Source: an uncultured Methanosarcinales archaeon (lineage in GTDB: Archaea; Nanobdellota; Nanobdellia; Woesearchaeales; CAZYIM01). From it: a DNA stretch of 64,000 nt. The translations under genes and the position numbers were made by a program. The first letter of the stretch is position 1; every line of letters starts with the position of its first letter. The stretch lies in assembly GCA_964647565.1 (NCBI GenBank), contig CAZYIM010000005.1, forward strand, positions 30,967 to 94,966, written 5' to 3'. The notes beneath the pieces were generated by a model. That model saw nothing but the letters and a program-made list of their open reading frames with translations. It ran no database searches and had not been told where the DNA came from. Shown piece by piece: positions 38,646 through 50,973 of the stretch.

Positions 38646-39698
38646 CTACATCTTTTCAAGAACACTTAAGACCTTCAACTCTAATGGCTTCTTTCTATTA
38701 TAGTTCATGAACAAACTCTTAAAGCCATTCTTGACTAGCATCTTCAAATCAGCTCTTGTAAGTCCCAGATTGGTTGAAGCCAACCACATTTCTTTGGTTA
38801 TGTTTGTATTAGATATCAGTCTATTATCTGTATTTATTGTAACCCTTAAATTTTCTTGCAAGAATGTCCTTAATGGGTGGGATTGGTAACTTGCAGAAGA
38901 ACAGGTATGGATGTTACTTGATGGACATACTTCAATACCTATCCTGTTATCTCTAATATAGTTCAATAGTTTTTCGTTCTGAAGAACCTTGGTCCCATGT
39001 CCGATCCTTCTTGCATTCAGATAGTTGATTGCATCTGCGATTGCAGTAGCATCACATTCCTCTCCTGCATGTATGGTAACATAGACAAAATTATCATGAA
39101 TTATTCTAAAGATATCTGCAAAGCTCCTTGGCTCATTACCTAATTCAGGACCTGCCAGATCAAAACCTACGACACCTTTATATTGATAGTTCACAGCCAT
39201 CTCAGCTGCAATCTCAGTCATGTGCTTATCAGAACGCATACCACTTAGGATCAGTCCTGTATGGATTCCGAATTTCTTCTGAGCTCTTTTCAGACCTCTC
39301 AACACCGCTTCGATGATAAAGGGTAGTTTCATACCATATTTCATGTAGTTGGTCGGTCCAAATCTTACTTCAATGCACCAAACATTCTCTCTTGCAGCGT
39401 CTTCTGCAAGTTCATATGCAGCCCGCTCAAGTGCTTCTTCTGTGCATAGAACACTTTCTGTTATATCAAATGATTTTAGATATTGAGCTAATGAGTGACA
39501 TCCATTGTCCTGCATCACCACTAACTTTCTCAATTCTTTGGGATTGTAGGTAGGAAGTTTGACCTTGTTTTTCTTGGCCAACTCAATAAGGGTTTTTATT
39601 CTCAATGATCCGCCTATATGGACGTGAAGATCTGTTTTAGGAAGTTTCTTAATCCATTCAAGAGTTGGCGGTCTGTTATCTGATGGCTTTATGAACAT
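38646..39698 (-). CDS. add: Adenosine deaminase
   Basis: PKTDLHVHIGGS, GFDLAG, TIHAGE, RIGHG, EVCPSSN, NTDN; start placed at MFIKP. Confidence 0.93.
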   Translation of the reverse strand: MFIKPSDNRPPTLEWIKKLPKTDLHVHIGGSLRIKTLIELAKKNKVKLPTYNPKELRKLVVMQDNGCHSLAQYLKSFDITESVLCTEEALERAAYELAEDAARENVWCIEVRFGPTNYMKYGMKLPFIIEAVLRGLKRAQKKFGIHTGLILSGMRSDKHMTEIAAEMAVNYQYKGVVGFDLAGPELGNEPRSFADIFRIIHDNFVYVTIHAGEECDATAIADAINYLNARRIGHGTKVLQNEKLLNYIRDNRIGIEVCPSSNIHTCSSASYQSHPLRTFLQENLRVTINTDNRLISNTNITKEMWLASTNLGLTRADLKMLVKNGFKSLFMNYNRKKPLELKVLSVLEKM

Positions 39699-39759
39699 AT
39701 TACTAGAAACTAATAGAAAACTGTTTATAAATCTTTTGTTTTTTGCCACTTAAAAGTAG

Positions 39760-39954
39760 TTAATTTAAGTCTAGTCTCGAGGCTTGGTCGCCATGTAGCC
39801 CCCAGTTATCCTTGGGAGCTTCATTTAGGACTATATGCACATATTCAATAGGAATCCCCAGGGATTCTGAAACAGCCTTTGAGACCGACTGAATAAGTTC
39901 TCTCTTGACATCTCTTTCTTGTCCCGCCCACAAATCTATTTTTACTAATGGCAT
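39760..39954 (-). CDS. 4-oxalocrotonate tautomerase family protein
   Basis: N-terminal Pro, 64 aa, E.PKDNWG..G. Confidence 0.9.
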   Translation of the reverse strand: MPLVKIDLWAGQERDVKRELIQSVSKAVSESLGIPIEYVHIVLNEAPKDNWGLHGDQASRLDLN

Positions 39955-39971
39955 CGTATCACCTTCATAGT

Positions 39972-40679
39972 TTACTTGAAATAATTTTTCAAAACACCAA
40001 CATCTTTTTTCTTTGAATCTTGATTGATACTGACAGTCGCTACCTTCTGCAGCTTCCCAGAGGCATTGAATGCGATTGAAAATCCTACTGCTTTGGCAAA
40101 AGGAACGTCGTTCGCCCCATCACCCACAAAAGCACATTCTTCTTTAGTCAACCCATGTTCTTTAATCACTAATTTCATAAAATCAAGCTTACCCTCGAAG
40201 TCGCTAGGCAACAAATTACAATGTATGAGCTTGCCTTTCGAATCCCAATAGAAATCACATGCTGCAAAGGTATGATCAACTCTAAAGTCAAGTGCGGCAC
40301 GATCAGCTAGAGCCTTAAAGCCCCCAGATACTATCGCAGTCTTGTATCCTTTTTTTCGGAGATGATTAAATAATCCCTTCACACCTTTATGATAGTTTAT
40401 AGAATTAATTATGTTCTCAAACGATTTTTTAGTTAGTTTGTATTTCTTATAAATCTTAAAATTATCTTCCATCCATCCAAGATACCCTGAATACGCTCCT
40501 TTCTTCCACTTCGCACTTATTATTTGTTTTTCCTTAAGGGCCGAAACACCTAATTTCTTTGCAACTAGAGTCCAGGGACTCGAAACATCATGTTCTTCTG
40601 ATGTTTGCCGATATATCGTACCATCCATATCAAAGAAAACCAATTTTATTTTCCGCCTGGTTGTCATCATTACACGCAT
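39972..40679 (-). CDS. HAD-IB phosphatase (phosphoserine phosphatase-like)
   Basis: FFDMDGT, VSGGF, VGDGAND. Confidence 0.88.
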   Translation of the reverse strand: MRVMMTTRRKIKLVFFDMDGTIYRQTSEEHDVSSPWTLVAKKLGVSALKEKQIISAKWKKGAYSGYLGWMEDNFKIYKKYKLTKKSFENIINSINYHKGVKGLFNHLRKKGYKTAIVSGGFKALADRAALDFRVDHTFAACDFYWDSKGKLIHCNLLPSDFEGKLDFMKLVIKEHGLTKEECAFVGDGANDVPFAKAVGFSIAFNASGKLQKVATVSINQDSKKKDVGVLKNYFK

Positions 40680-40757
40680 GACAAAGAGGATTTATAAATT
40701 TTATTACAACAAAGTATTCTCCATAACATTTAAATCTAACATCCAGTTACAGACATC

Positions 40758-41198
40758 ATGGCCTATATCAACCAACTGCACCCAATCAAATATGGAGTGG
40801 AAAAGAATAAGCAATTCCTTGAACAGATCTATACAAATGAAGAGTTAGTTGAATTCACAAGAAATTTTGATTTTCTTGATTGTTCTGTTTCCTTTTCAAG
40901 ACAACAAGATAAGGATATGACCTTAGAAAAGTTCCTGACTCTGATTGATGAGGAATCCTTCATACTACTACAACTAGCATCACCAAATCCATACGAGATT
41001 AGATATGGCATAAGGCTAGCAGATAAGGGGGTAGATAGATTTATCTTTATAGACGGCCCGTATACTGACCCCAACTTCGAGGTGGTCTCAAGATTATATA
41101 AGCAATCCTTTGGAAAAGAGTTAGAAGATGAACCAGTCGCTCCAGGATTGCACGAGTATTATCAGGCTAGGATCGAGAATTACCCTGATTTACGATAA
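40758..41198 (+). CDS. Hypothetical protein
   Basis: 146-aa ORF after a TATA-like box; no family recognised. Confidence 0.65.
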   Translation: MAYINQLHPIKYGVEKNKQFLEQIYTNEELVEFTRNFDFLDCSVSFSRQQDKDMTLEKFLTLIDEESFILLQLASPNPYEIRYGIRLADKGVDRFIFIDGPYTDPNFEVVSRLYKQSFGKELEDEPVAPGLHEYYQARIENYPDLR

Positions 41199-41229
41199 AT
41201 TTATTTAATTCTATATATTCCCCTATAAT

Positions 41230-41619
41230 ATGGGCGGGAAAGGTATGTCTTTGGAAACATGTGTAAGCAAGGCAAAAGAATTCATCTCTGAGAACAAAGT
41301 CTGCCTGCTGCTTTTTGATATGGTAGGATCCTCGAAGATTAAGGACAAGAAAGGTCTGGTTAACAGATTGTCTTCTATGATGAAAGATCTGAATGAAACG
41401 TTCAAGGATTACTTTCCAGAGCACGAATTAGCTGTCTATACCCGAAAAGAGAGAGGCTTTCCTTTCCTTTTAGGAGATGGTTCCTGGACAGGAATCAACT
41501 CTGCAGAAATAATACCCAAGATAATTGAATACCAGAAGAAGAACTATCCAGATATTCCATTATACTGGGCAGTGGCCAGGGATGGATATGATAAGGAAAA
41601 CGTTAAAATTGTAAGATAA
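41230..41619 (+). CDS. Minimal SatD/class III nucleotidyl-cyclase-fold protein
   Basis: LLFDMVGSSK...FLLGDG two-Asp pattern. Confidence 0.5.
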   Translation: MGGKGMSLETCVSKAKEFISENKVCLLLFDMVGSSKIKDKKGLVNRLSSMMKDLNETFKDYFPEHELAVYTRKERGFPFLLGDGSWTGINSAEIIPKIIEYQKKNYPDIPLYWAVARDGYDKENVKIVR

Positions 41620-41623
41620 TCAT

Positions 41624-42115
41624 ATGAAAAAGAAAAAATACCCTGTCGAGGAAGCAACAAGCATTATTCAATCTGATAAGAAAGTAATGCTCGCCCTCCA
41701 TAGGATCTCAAGCAAGATTGTCCCTGATCATAGAGAAGTATTCCTATCTGGTGAAGGGTATGGCTATGTATGGTGCTTTAAGGATGATAACTCTTTTGAC
41801 GATTCTGGTCTCTGCAGAATATGCAACGGAGAGTGGGAAGGCTTTAATCATCTTGCAGAAAAAACAGAAGCTCCAAAAATAATTTCAGATCTGAGGGAAG
41901 CATATAACAATAATGAAGTTACTTTTCGAAAGATAAAATTTGAGAATCCACACTATATTAGTTCAGATTTGTCTACACTCTTCCTAGGAGAGAATCATAA
42001 ATTCAAGATTGATCTATATATAGCTTACAAAGGTGGTGACAAGATGGCACAGGCCTTTGAGCAAGTATTGATGAAATATGATGTTGATTTCAAGACTGGA
42101 AAACAGAAAAAATAA
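41624..42115 (+). CDS. Hypothetical protein
   Basis: 163-aa ORF 4 nt after the previous stop; no family recognised. Confidence 0.65.
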   Translation: MKKKKYPVEEATSIIQSDKKVMLALHRISSKIVPDHREVFLSGEGYGYVWCFKDDNSFDDSGLCRICNGEWEGFNHLAEKTEAPKIISDLREAYNNNEVTFRKIKFENPHYISSDLSTLFLGENHKFKIDLYIAYKGGDKMAQAFEQVLMKYDVDFKTGKQKK

Positions 42116-42117
42116 AT

Positions 42118-43011
42118 TTATTTCAGCAAATTCTTCACTTCTGCCAATATCTCCTCAGGTTTAGCATCTGCGGCACCCATAGCAAAGTCGTCCTTGCCTC
42201 CACCCTTACCATCGAATTTTTCCAGAATTGGTTTCAACACTTCAATGCATTTCATTTCGGTTGATGAATGCAGAATGATCTGTACGCCTTTCTCCGTCTT
42301 GTTCAGGAAACAGACAAAGCCTTCTAACTCTCCGGACTGCTGTATCAATTGTTTCTTCTCAATGTTGTCAAATGTGCCGTAATGAAAGTCAACAGAACTA
42401 ATCTTTTCTGTCTTGTAATTTGTAGCGCTCTCCTTGCTCAACTCTCTGGTCCGTTCCTTAAGAGCTTCTGCATTTTCCTTAAGCTGTTTCAATGTATCAT
42501 GCAATTGATTGATTTCTGTGTTTAAAAATGACGCAGACTTCCTTATAGAATTCGCATATTCATACAATGCCTTGGCAGGATCGACTGTAAAGCGTATCTC
42601 ATACCGGCCACCTTTGACCGCATTGAACTTAGTCACCAATATATCTCCCACCTGACCCGCAGACTCGCAATGGTTTCCCTTGCAGGCGCTTAGATCGTGT
42701 CCTTCAATTTCCACAACCCTGACTTTTTCATCCTTGATCCGATCAAGCCGTATCCTCAGCTCTTTTTTCTCAGCAGCCTTCTCCTTGGTAAGGTGAGATA
42801 TAGTTACCTTCTTATCTTCATCAATAATTTTTCTTGCAATCTCCTCTGCCTTGATTATATCATCCCAGGTCAGCTCTTTGGCAAATACAAAAAAAGAAGA
42901 TTCATCCTCTTTGAGATCTATCTTCTCCAGCTTAATATCTGGTTTAAGACTTTGCATTGCCCTGAAAAGTATGTGTTCACCTGTGTGCATTCTTGCCAGA
43001 ATATCAGTCAT
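42118..43011 (-). CDS. alaX: AlaX alanyl-tRNA editing protein with DHHA1 (C-Ala) domain
   Basis: RMHTGEH (HxxxH), CKGNH (CxxxH), GKGGGK..FAMG. Confidence 0.9.
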   Translation of the reverse strand: MTDILARMHTGEHILFRAMQSLKPDIKLEKIDLKEDESSFFVFAKELTWDDIIKAEEIARKIIDEDKKVTISHLTKEKAAEKKELRIRLDRIKDEKVRVVEIEGHDLSACKGNHCESAGQVGDILVTKFNAVKGGRYEIRFTVDPAKALYEYANSIRKSASFLNTEINQLHDTLKQLKENAEALKERTRELSKESATNYKTEKISSVDFHYGTFDNIEKKQLIQQSGELEGFVCFLNKTEKGVQIILHSSTEMKCIEVLKPILEKFDGKGGGKDDFAMGAADAKPEEILAEVKNLLK

Positions 43012-43021
43012 TTGAATCCTC

Positions 43022-43960
43022 CTAGACCCAATCTATCTTCTCGAATACGACATAAAGTATGATTGTAAGAACTATCATGATGCCGCACAGATACCAAAAA
43101 GCATACGGGTCCTTATCAAAGGGAAGCGCAACATTCATCCCATATAAGCTTGTAATAAAGGTAGGCACCATGATGATAAGTGCTAATGCAGTTAGCTTCT
43201 TCATGAACGCGTTCAATCTATTTGAACTCATAACTGTCTGGAAATTGAAGAGATTAGTAATAACATCCCTCTGCACCTTTTCTGTGTCACGTATCTGTAA
43301 CGCATCATAGTAGAGATCTGCATAATCCTCTAGATTATCTTTAGTGAATTTCTTGTAATAACTCTTTCTCAGACCATTTAAAACATCCACATTCGCTATA
43401 ATCGATTGGTTGAATATAGAAAGTGTGATTGTAGACTGGTACAACTTGGAAAGATTATCTTTAGAAATAGTCATCTCCTTATGAGATAGTATTTCTGTCA
43501 GGTTAGCTATCTTCTCTATATTGTAAAGGAACTCATCATTTATCTTGTCAATCAAATAATGCAGGAAGTCACCGACATTCTTCCTGAGCAAGAATCTCAA
43601 TTTACCTTTTTTCAATAATTCCGACATCTTGCGTGTTACACTGCAGGTCTTCCTCTCCAAAGTAATCAGCATATTACCTGAAATGAAGATGTTTAAGGGT
43701 TCAGTCTCAATATCTCCATTATCTTTCATAGGCACATGAAATACAATTTCAAGAAACCTTCCATGCTCAAGCCTCGAATGTTCTTCGTCCTCAAGGAATT
43801 CCTTGAATTCTTCCTGAGGTATCTTAGCCAATTCTGAAACAGCTTTTATCTGATCCTCTCTAGGATCAACAAGCCTAATCCAGGTCACCCTATCTGGCTG
43901 TATATGATGTAGATTCAAGCTTGCAATAATATTCTTCACGTCAAAACTAAACACTTCCAT
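43022..43960 (-). CDS. corA: CorA Mg2+/Co2+ transporter
   Basis: LNAFMKKLT, YGMN signature, two C-terminal TMs; likely start 43960, 23 nt from the TATA box. Confidence 0.92.
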   Translation of the reverse strand: MEVFSFDVKNIIASLNLHHIQPDRVTWIRLVDPREDQIKAVSELAKIPQEEFKEFLEDEEHSRLEHGRFLEIVFHVPMKDNGDIETEPLNIFISGNMLITLERKTCSVTRKMSELLKKGKLRFLLRKNVGDFLHYLIDKINDEFLYNIEKIANLTEILSHKEMTISKDNLSKLYQSTITLSIFNQSIIANVDVLNGLRKSYYKKFTKDNLEDYADLYYDALQIRDTEKVQRDVITNLFNFQTVMSSNRLNAFMKKLTALALIIMVPTFITSLYGMNVALPFDKDPYAFWYLCGIMIVLTIILYVVFEKIDWV

Positions 43961-43996
43961 AGAATGAGTGGAGCTCATTTCTTTTATAAATTTTAT

Positions 43997-44155
43997 TGTA
44001 AGTTGGCTTTGTCCAAAAAGGAGGATTTATCCCGCCTAACGTAGCCAAGTCTTCAGGATCTGATTAAAATAGAATCGGTTTACAGTCGATAACATAATGG
44101 GTGCGAAGCGCGGGAAAATTCTCTGCGTAAGCATTCTTAACAGAGCCTGTAAGTT
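43997..44155. repeat. Direct-repeat-flanked hairpin-rich insert
   Basis: TGTAAGTT at 43997-44004 and 44148-44155; stems TTGGCT/AGCCAA, TTACAG/CTGTAA, GGGTGC/GCATTC; GCGAAGC at 44103-44109. Confidence 0.55.
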
Positions 44156-44159
44156 AGAA

Positions 44160-45455
44160 CTAAGGCAACCATCGAAGCATAGTCCGAGGGAAAGGTATAG
44201 CATCCTTGATGTTGTCGAGCTTACATATCCACTGGAGTACTCTTTCAAGCCCAACACCATAACCCGAATGTGGAACAGATCCATATTTCCTTAGGTCAAA
44301 ATAGAATCCATATTCTGAAGGGTCTTCCCCATCTCGTCTCAGGTTCTCAGACATCTCCTCGATGTCAAGGCTTCTTTGGCTTCCACCCACAATCTCTAAA
44401 CCCATTTCAGGACAAAGCATATCAAAGCACAGCGCTTCATCAGGCTGATCAGGGTCTTTGGGCTTATAGAAGGCCATTACTTGTTGAGGATAGTGAGTAA
44501 CTACAACAGGTGTGTCGAACTGTTTCATCAGGGTTAGTTCTTCCACAGTTCTAAGATCCTTTCCAAACTGGACTTTCATACCTGCTTTTTCTTCTATAAT
44601 CTTCAATGCTTCACGATATTTAATCGTAGGCCACTCTTTTTTGGCCATTGCAATCAATTCCTCAGGGTCTCTCCCAAGCAGTTTAAATTCCTCAGGACAC
44701 TCCTCTGTCACCTTTCTTATGCAATGCTTGATTTCTTTCTTGGCAAACTCAGTAATCTGCTTAAGGTCCCACCATGCTACCTCTGTCTCTACCATCCAAA
44801 ACTCACTTAGATGACGCGAGGTCTTGCTTTTTTCTGCTCTGAAAGTTGGCCCTGTATTGTACACCTTTTCCAATGCAAAAACTGCCGCTTCGCCGTATAG
44901 CTGCCAGGTCTGGGCCAGAAAAGTCTTGTGATTATAGTACTTCACCTCAAATACTGTTGAGCCGCCTTCAGATTGTGTAGGTTGAAGTACAGGAGCATCA
45001 AATCTATAGAATCCCTCTTGTTTAAAGAATTCTTCTCTCGCATGCCCATATGCACTCCTGATTTTCAGGATTGCGACCATTTTTCTGCTTCGAATCCAAA
45101 GATGTCTTTGGTCAAGCAGAAATTCCGGGCTTTGATCCTTGCTGATTGGAAAGTCATTGCACAATCCAACAATATTAAGCTCTTTGACAGCTATCTCATA
45201 GCCAGTTGGTGCTCGGTCGTCCTTTTTTATTGTGCCTGACATCTCAACAGATGTTTCGATGTGTAATTTCTGGGCATCTTCCCATATTTTTTCAGAAACA
45301 TTCTCTTTTTCTATTATGCACTGGATAATATTTGAACTGTCTCTAATTACAATGAAACAATATTTGTTTGAGCCTCTCTCCCTATAGACCCATCCACGTA
45401 TATTGACATCTCCTGAACCTTTTTTCATGGCTTGGGATATCGAAATGAATTCCAT
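44160..45455 (-). CDS. asnS: Asparaginyl-tRNA synthetase
   Basis: RGWVYRER, RHLWIRS, FRAEKSKTSRHLSEFWMVE, DLRKYGSVPHSGYGVGLER. Confidence 0.95.
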   Translation of the reverse strand: MEFISISQAMKKGSGDVNIRGWVYRERGSNKYCFIVIRDSSNIIQCIIEKENVSEKIWEDAQKLHIETSVEMSGTIKKDDRAPTGYEIAVKELNIVGLCNDFPISKDQSPEFLLDQRHLWIRSRKMVAILKIRSAYGHAREEFFKQEGFYRFDAPVLQPTQSEGGSTVFEVKYYNHKTFLAQTWQLYGEAAVFALEKVYNTGPTFRAEKSKTSRHLSEFWMVETEVAWWDLKQITEFAKKEIKHCIRKVTEECPEEFKLLGRDPEELIAMAKKEWPTIKYREALKIIEEKAGMKVQFGKDLRTVEELTLMKQFDTPVVVTHYPQQVMAFYKPKDPDQPDEALCFDMLCPEMGLEIVGGSQRSLDIEEMSENLRRDGEDPSEYGFYFDLRKYGSVPHSGYGVGLERVLQWICKLDNIKDAIPFPRTMLRWLP

Positions 45456-45541
45456 GACAAGGTGTAGACTGTGTTTGTTTAAAAAAGTTATGGCCAAGAC
45501 ATAAGAAAAACTATTTAAAAGTTCGCGGGCTGTCTTGTTAG

Positions 45542-47356
<1,815 letters not shown>

Positions 47357-47557
47357 TATTGAATTTAAATTACCTTAAGAAATTTGAAAAAACATTATTA
47401 TTTTGTTTTAATATGGTACTTACTTCTCTATAAAATACAATCATAAAAACTAGTTTTTTATTATTGTAGAGTGGTAAAAAAACGAAACTTTTATAAATGA
47501 AAAACATGAACATAAGCCTAAAAACAAGCAAACAACCCCATATTAAAAACAATTAAG

Positions 47558-50488
47558 ATGCCAAAACTAAAAACATGGATAAAAACTGCACTACTCACTC
47601 TAGGTGTGGGAATAGGAATTGCCTTTGGACAAGAAGCCTATAAACCACTTGTAAACTTATCTCAGCCTCAGTATGACAAGGCAGTCGGACATATCTCTCT
47701 TAAAAAGATCGACTCAGAGAAGTATAGGACTGCAAAGTGGGCAAAAGATATTCCCCGGATAAAAGACATCCTGAAAAAGGATTTTAAATACCCTGGAAAA
47801 ATCAGCAACTACTGGCTGGCTAAGTTTGCAGAAAACAAAGGGCTTGAGTTCTTTGAAGAGCTAGGTGCAAGACAAAGAGCATACGACAAAATAGGACAGG
47901 TAAAACCTAACCACTTGCCAGCATTATACACAGCCCTCGAGCATGAAGGAGTCTTTGTGCTTGAAAAATTAAACACCCTGTTTCAAGAAACAAGTATATA
48001 CCCTCGCCATGATTATTGGAATTATGATGAAAACCCAAGAGGTATTGAAAATATAGAGAACTTTGCATATTTATGTAAGAATGGCGGAGCAGAACTCATC
48101 AGAGATCTTGAATTTCATATGAGAGCTGATGCTGAATGCTTTGATGCAACAATGAGTTTATTAAACTCTTCAAAAAAAGACAGTGTTAAAACAATCGGAA
48201 GAAAGATCTCAGATTATTTCTTCGAAAAATTCACATTCACACCACAAAACACAAGTCAGGCAATAACAATGATAGATCTGGGAATAGATGATAAGCTTGA
48301 TTTATTTGATTATCTGTACAGTCTTGGACTTCGTAGCTTTGCCATGTATCCTGACATAAGAGATTGTTTAATCCAAAATCTGGCAGAATTATCAAGAACA
48401 GATTTTCCTAAAAAATTCAAATACTTTATTGAAAAGTTTAATCCAAACACTTTATGCTTTGGAAAGAAAACAAAAGAAGGTTCAGTAACATTCGCATTGT
48501 TAAAAGACAGATGTACCCTTTCACAATTAAACCATTTTGAAAAGCACGATGCTTTCTATACTAAGCTCTTGAATATTTGCCCAATTAGGACTAGTCTAGA
48601 ACCCTCTTTTCTTATAAGTATCGCAAAGTCAGGCGAGGTACGTGCAAAGATGCTGAAACATGCAAAAGGAATGTATGAAGCAACTCGAGCATTAGGAGGC
48701 TCAAAAAGAATATCAGGACATGATCTGTTCTGGGGCATTGCTGCAGACAATGCAAAGCTCCCCACAAAAAACCAACTAGATTTCCTCAAAACAAAAGGCG
48801 CTGCTTTCTGGGAAAAACTCAAAACACAAGTCCCCTACATAAGAGGAATTAACATAAGGAGCCTTATCAGCCATCATAAGTTTCTTAACAACCCAATAAT
48901 AGAGGATATAGAAAACGAACTTCCGAAAATGAAGGCAATCATGGACTTCATTACAAACAATTGGAAGTTTGAAAAAGTATATTCATCAAATGGGAAAGGA
49001 GGTATAGTGGACCTATATAATCTTTCAAAAAAACATGGCCTAGAAAAGATACACAAATTAAAGGAAACAGGATGGAAACAAAGAAACTTTTATTGGAGAC
49101 CCGAAGTTCAAAATTCCTCTGTTCATGATTTACTGGAGTTCTTTGATTCTGATGGACTGACGTACCTGACTTTTCTTCGTGATGACCTCGGGATTGATAT
49201 TTCAGAAAGTAAACTCGGATCAATGACTTTAGATAAGAAAAGAAGAGATATAGTCATGTCAAAAGGGAAAGAATTAATCAATTTTGCAAAAAAGTATAAT
49301 CCTAATATTCCGATACACCCTTCGGATATAAACCGAAAAAAGGATGACTATAAAATAACACCCTTTATGTCTTTAATTTGCTCACCAGACAAAATTCAGG
49401 ATTTAAAGACCGAAGGAAAAATAATACTTGAATATGCAATGGACAATATTGGTTTGGAAGATATATCCTTTCAAGAACTTTTCGGATTTAAATATGAACT
49501 TGGACCTGATTATAATGAAATTATTCGCCACTCCTTAACAAAAGTCTGCAATAACAAAAAATTTGAACAGTTCTTAAAAAATAACATGAAGCAAATACGC
49601 GAAATTTCAAAAACAAATTTCGGAATTGAAAAATGGGAGTTTGAAGTGATCAGCAAGTTATATGCAAACTACATTACATCATGGTCTGATTCAAAAAAGA
49701 AAGGAACTGAAATAAGTCTTGATCAATATCACGGAAACATCATAACTGAATTAAAAAAACTAAAAGATGCAAAACTCAAAAAAGTGAACGACTCAGAATC
49801 AATGTACCAGTTAATTTGGATGAGTAAAGAAATAGGTGCAGAAAACACAGCACTATTATACAACAAGTTCAACATCACCCATCCAAAAAGATTCACAAAA
49901 AGAGGACTTGAAGATCAGATCAAGCTCGCCAAAGGAGAAATCAAACTAAAAAAACCTCCTGGCATATTTGTTGTTACCCAACATGAAGATGGTGTTTTCA
50001 GACCAATGTTATCAAACCTCAAAAGAATTTTTCCTGAAAATAGCTGGATATTATATGAAGCAGGAAAAGAGACTGAATTTACTTACAGCATTAAAGACGC
50101 TTATCAAACATATAACGAAATACATAAACTAGCTATTGGAGGACACGGATATCCCGCAGGTACAATGCTTGATAAAAAGTATCAAGATGAATACATTTTG
50201 GATATCCATGATGAGGAAGAACTACAAAAAGAAAAGCTCTATAACTGCATGGCAAAAAACGGGCTTGCCTTACTTATAAGCTGTTTTACTGGCTGGAACG
50301 GAATTCTTGAGAACAATATGGGCAACATGACTGCCAGAGTATTTAGAACCATGACCTCTGCACCAGACCAAGCAGCTTCTTTAGCTACAGTAATCAGAGA
50401 TAGAGACAACAGCATCACATATATAACTCATGGAAATTCAGTAATTGGTTACTTCTTTACGCCACCCACAGAAACACTTGGTGATTAA
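47558..50488 (+). CDS. Large exported protein with C-terminal caspase-like (clan CD/DUF4347-like) His-Cys domain
   Basis: N-terminal signal/TM; LAIGGHG...LLISCFTG near the C-terminus. Confidence 0.6.
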   Translation: MPKLKTWIKTALLTLGVGIGIAFGQEAYKPLVNLSQPQYDKAVGHISLKKIDSEKYRTAKWAKDIPRIKDILKKDFKYPGKISNYWLAKFAENKGLEFFEELGARQRAYDKIGQVKPNHLPALYTALEHEGVFVLEKLNTLFQETSIYPRHDYWNYDENPRGIENIENFAYLCKNGGAELIRDLEFHMRADAECFDATMSLLNSSKKDSVKTIGRKISDYFFEKFTFTPQNTSQAITMIDLGIDDKLDLFDYLYSLGLRSFAMYPDIRDCLIQNLAELSRTDFPKKFKYFIEKFNPNTLCFGKKTKEGSVTFALLKDRCTLSQLNHFEKHDAFYTKLLNICPIRTSLEPSFLISIAKSGEVRAKMLKHAKGMYEATRALGGSKRISGHDLFWGIAADNAKLPTKNQLDFLKTKGAAFWEKLKTQVPYIRGINIRSLISHHKFLNNPIIEDIENELPKMKAIMDFITNNWKFEKVYSSNGKGGIVDLYNLSKKHGLEKIHKLKETGWKQRNFYWRPEVQNSSVHDLLEFFDSDGLTYLTFLRDDLGIDISESKLGSMTLDKKRRDIVMSKGKELINFAKKYNPNIPIHPSDINRKKDDYKITPFMSLICSPDKIQDLKTEGKIILEYAMDNIGLEDISFQELFGFKYELGPDYNEIIRHSLTKVCNNKKFEQFLKNNMKQIREISKTNFGIEKWEFEVISKLYANYITSWSDSKKKGTEISLDQYHGNIITELKKLKDAKLKKVNDSESMYQLIWMSKEIGAENTALLYNKFNITHPKRFTKRGLEDQIKLAKGEIKLKKPPGIFVVTQHEDGVFRPMLSNLKRIFPENSWILYEAGKETEFTYSIKDAYQTYNEIHKLAIGGHGYPAGTMLDKKYQDEYILDIHDEEELQKEKLYNCMAKNGLALLISCFTGWNGILENNMGNMTARVFRTMTSAPDQAASLATVIRDRDNSITYITHGNSVIGYFFTPPTETLGD

Positions 50489-50495
50489 TATCTGA

Positions 50496-50972
50496 CTACT
50501 CTGTTTTCAAAACATCAACAACTTCAGGTTTAACAACCAATACATAATCTTTTGGCTTGATTTTTATTGAATGGTTATGTGTGCCTGCGCTAAATACCAA
50601 CATATCAAGTTCAAGAATTGATCTGTCCAGATAAACAGGAATATTAAAAAGGATTCCAAAGGGAGGGACGCTTCCGACAGTACAATCTGTCTTCTTCAAA
50701 ACATCATCAGGGCTTGCAAGCGCTATGTTCTTAACCTCAAGCAGTTTTTTAACCTTCTTTAGATGCAAACGTCTTGCTGCAGGAATAACAAACTGCACAA
50801 AGGCCCCCTCTTTTGATTGAAGAACCAAGGCTTTTGCAGCCTCTTCAAGCTTAGTACCTCTAATCTTGGCTGCATCTGCAGAAGTAACTACGTGCTCATG
50901 CTCCAGGACCTGATAGTTTACATGATGCTCATCCAACAGCTTCTTGATCTTTTCAAAGACTTCAATACCCAT
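50496..50972 (-). CDS. YbaK/ProX aminoacyl-tRNA trans-editing protein
   Basis: AKALV, GSVPPFG, FSAG. Confidence 0.9.
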   Translation of the reverse strand: MGIEVFEKIKKLLDEHHVNYQVLEHEHVVTSADAAKIRGTKLEEAAKALVLQSKEGAFVQFVIPAARRLHLKKVKKLLEVKNIALASPDDVLKKTDCTVGSVPPFGILFNIPVYLDRSILELDMLVFSAGTHNHSIKIKPKDYVLVVKPEVVDVLKTE

Positions 50973-50973
50973 C

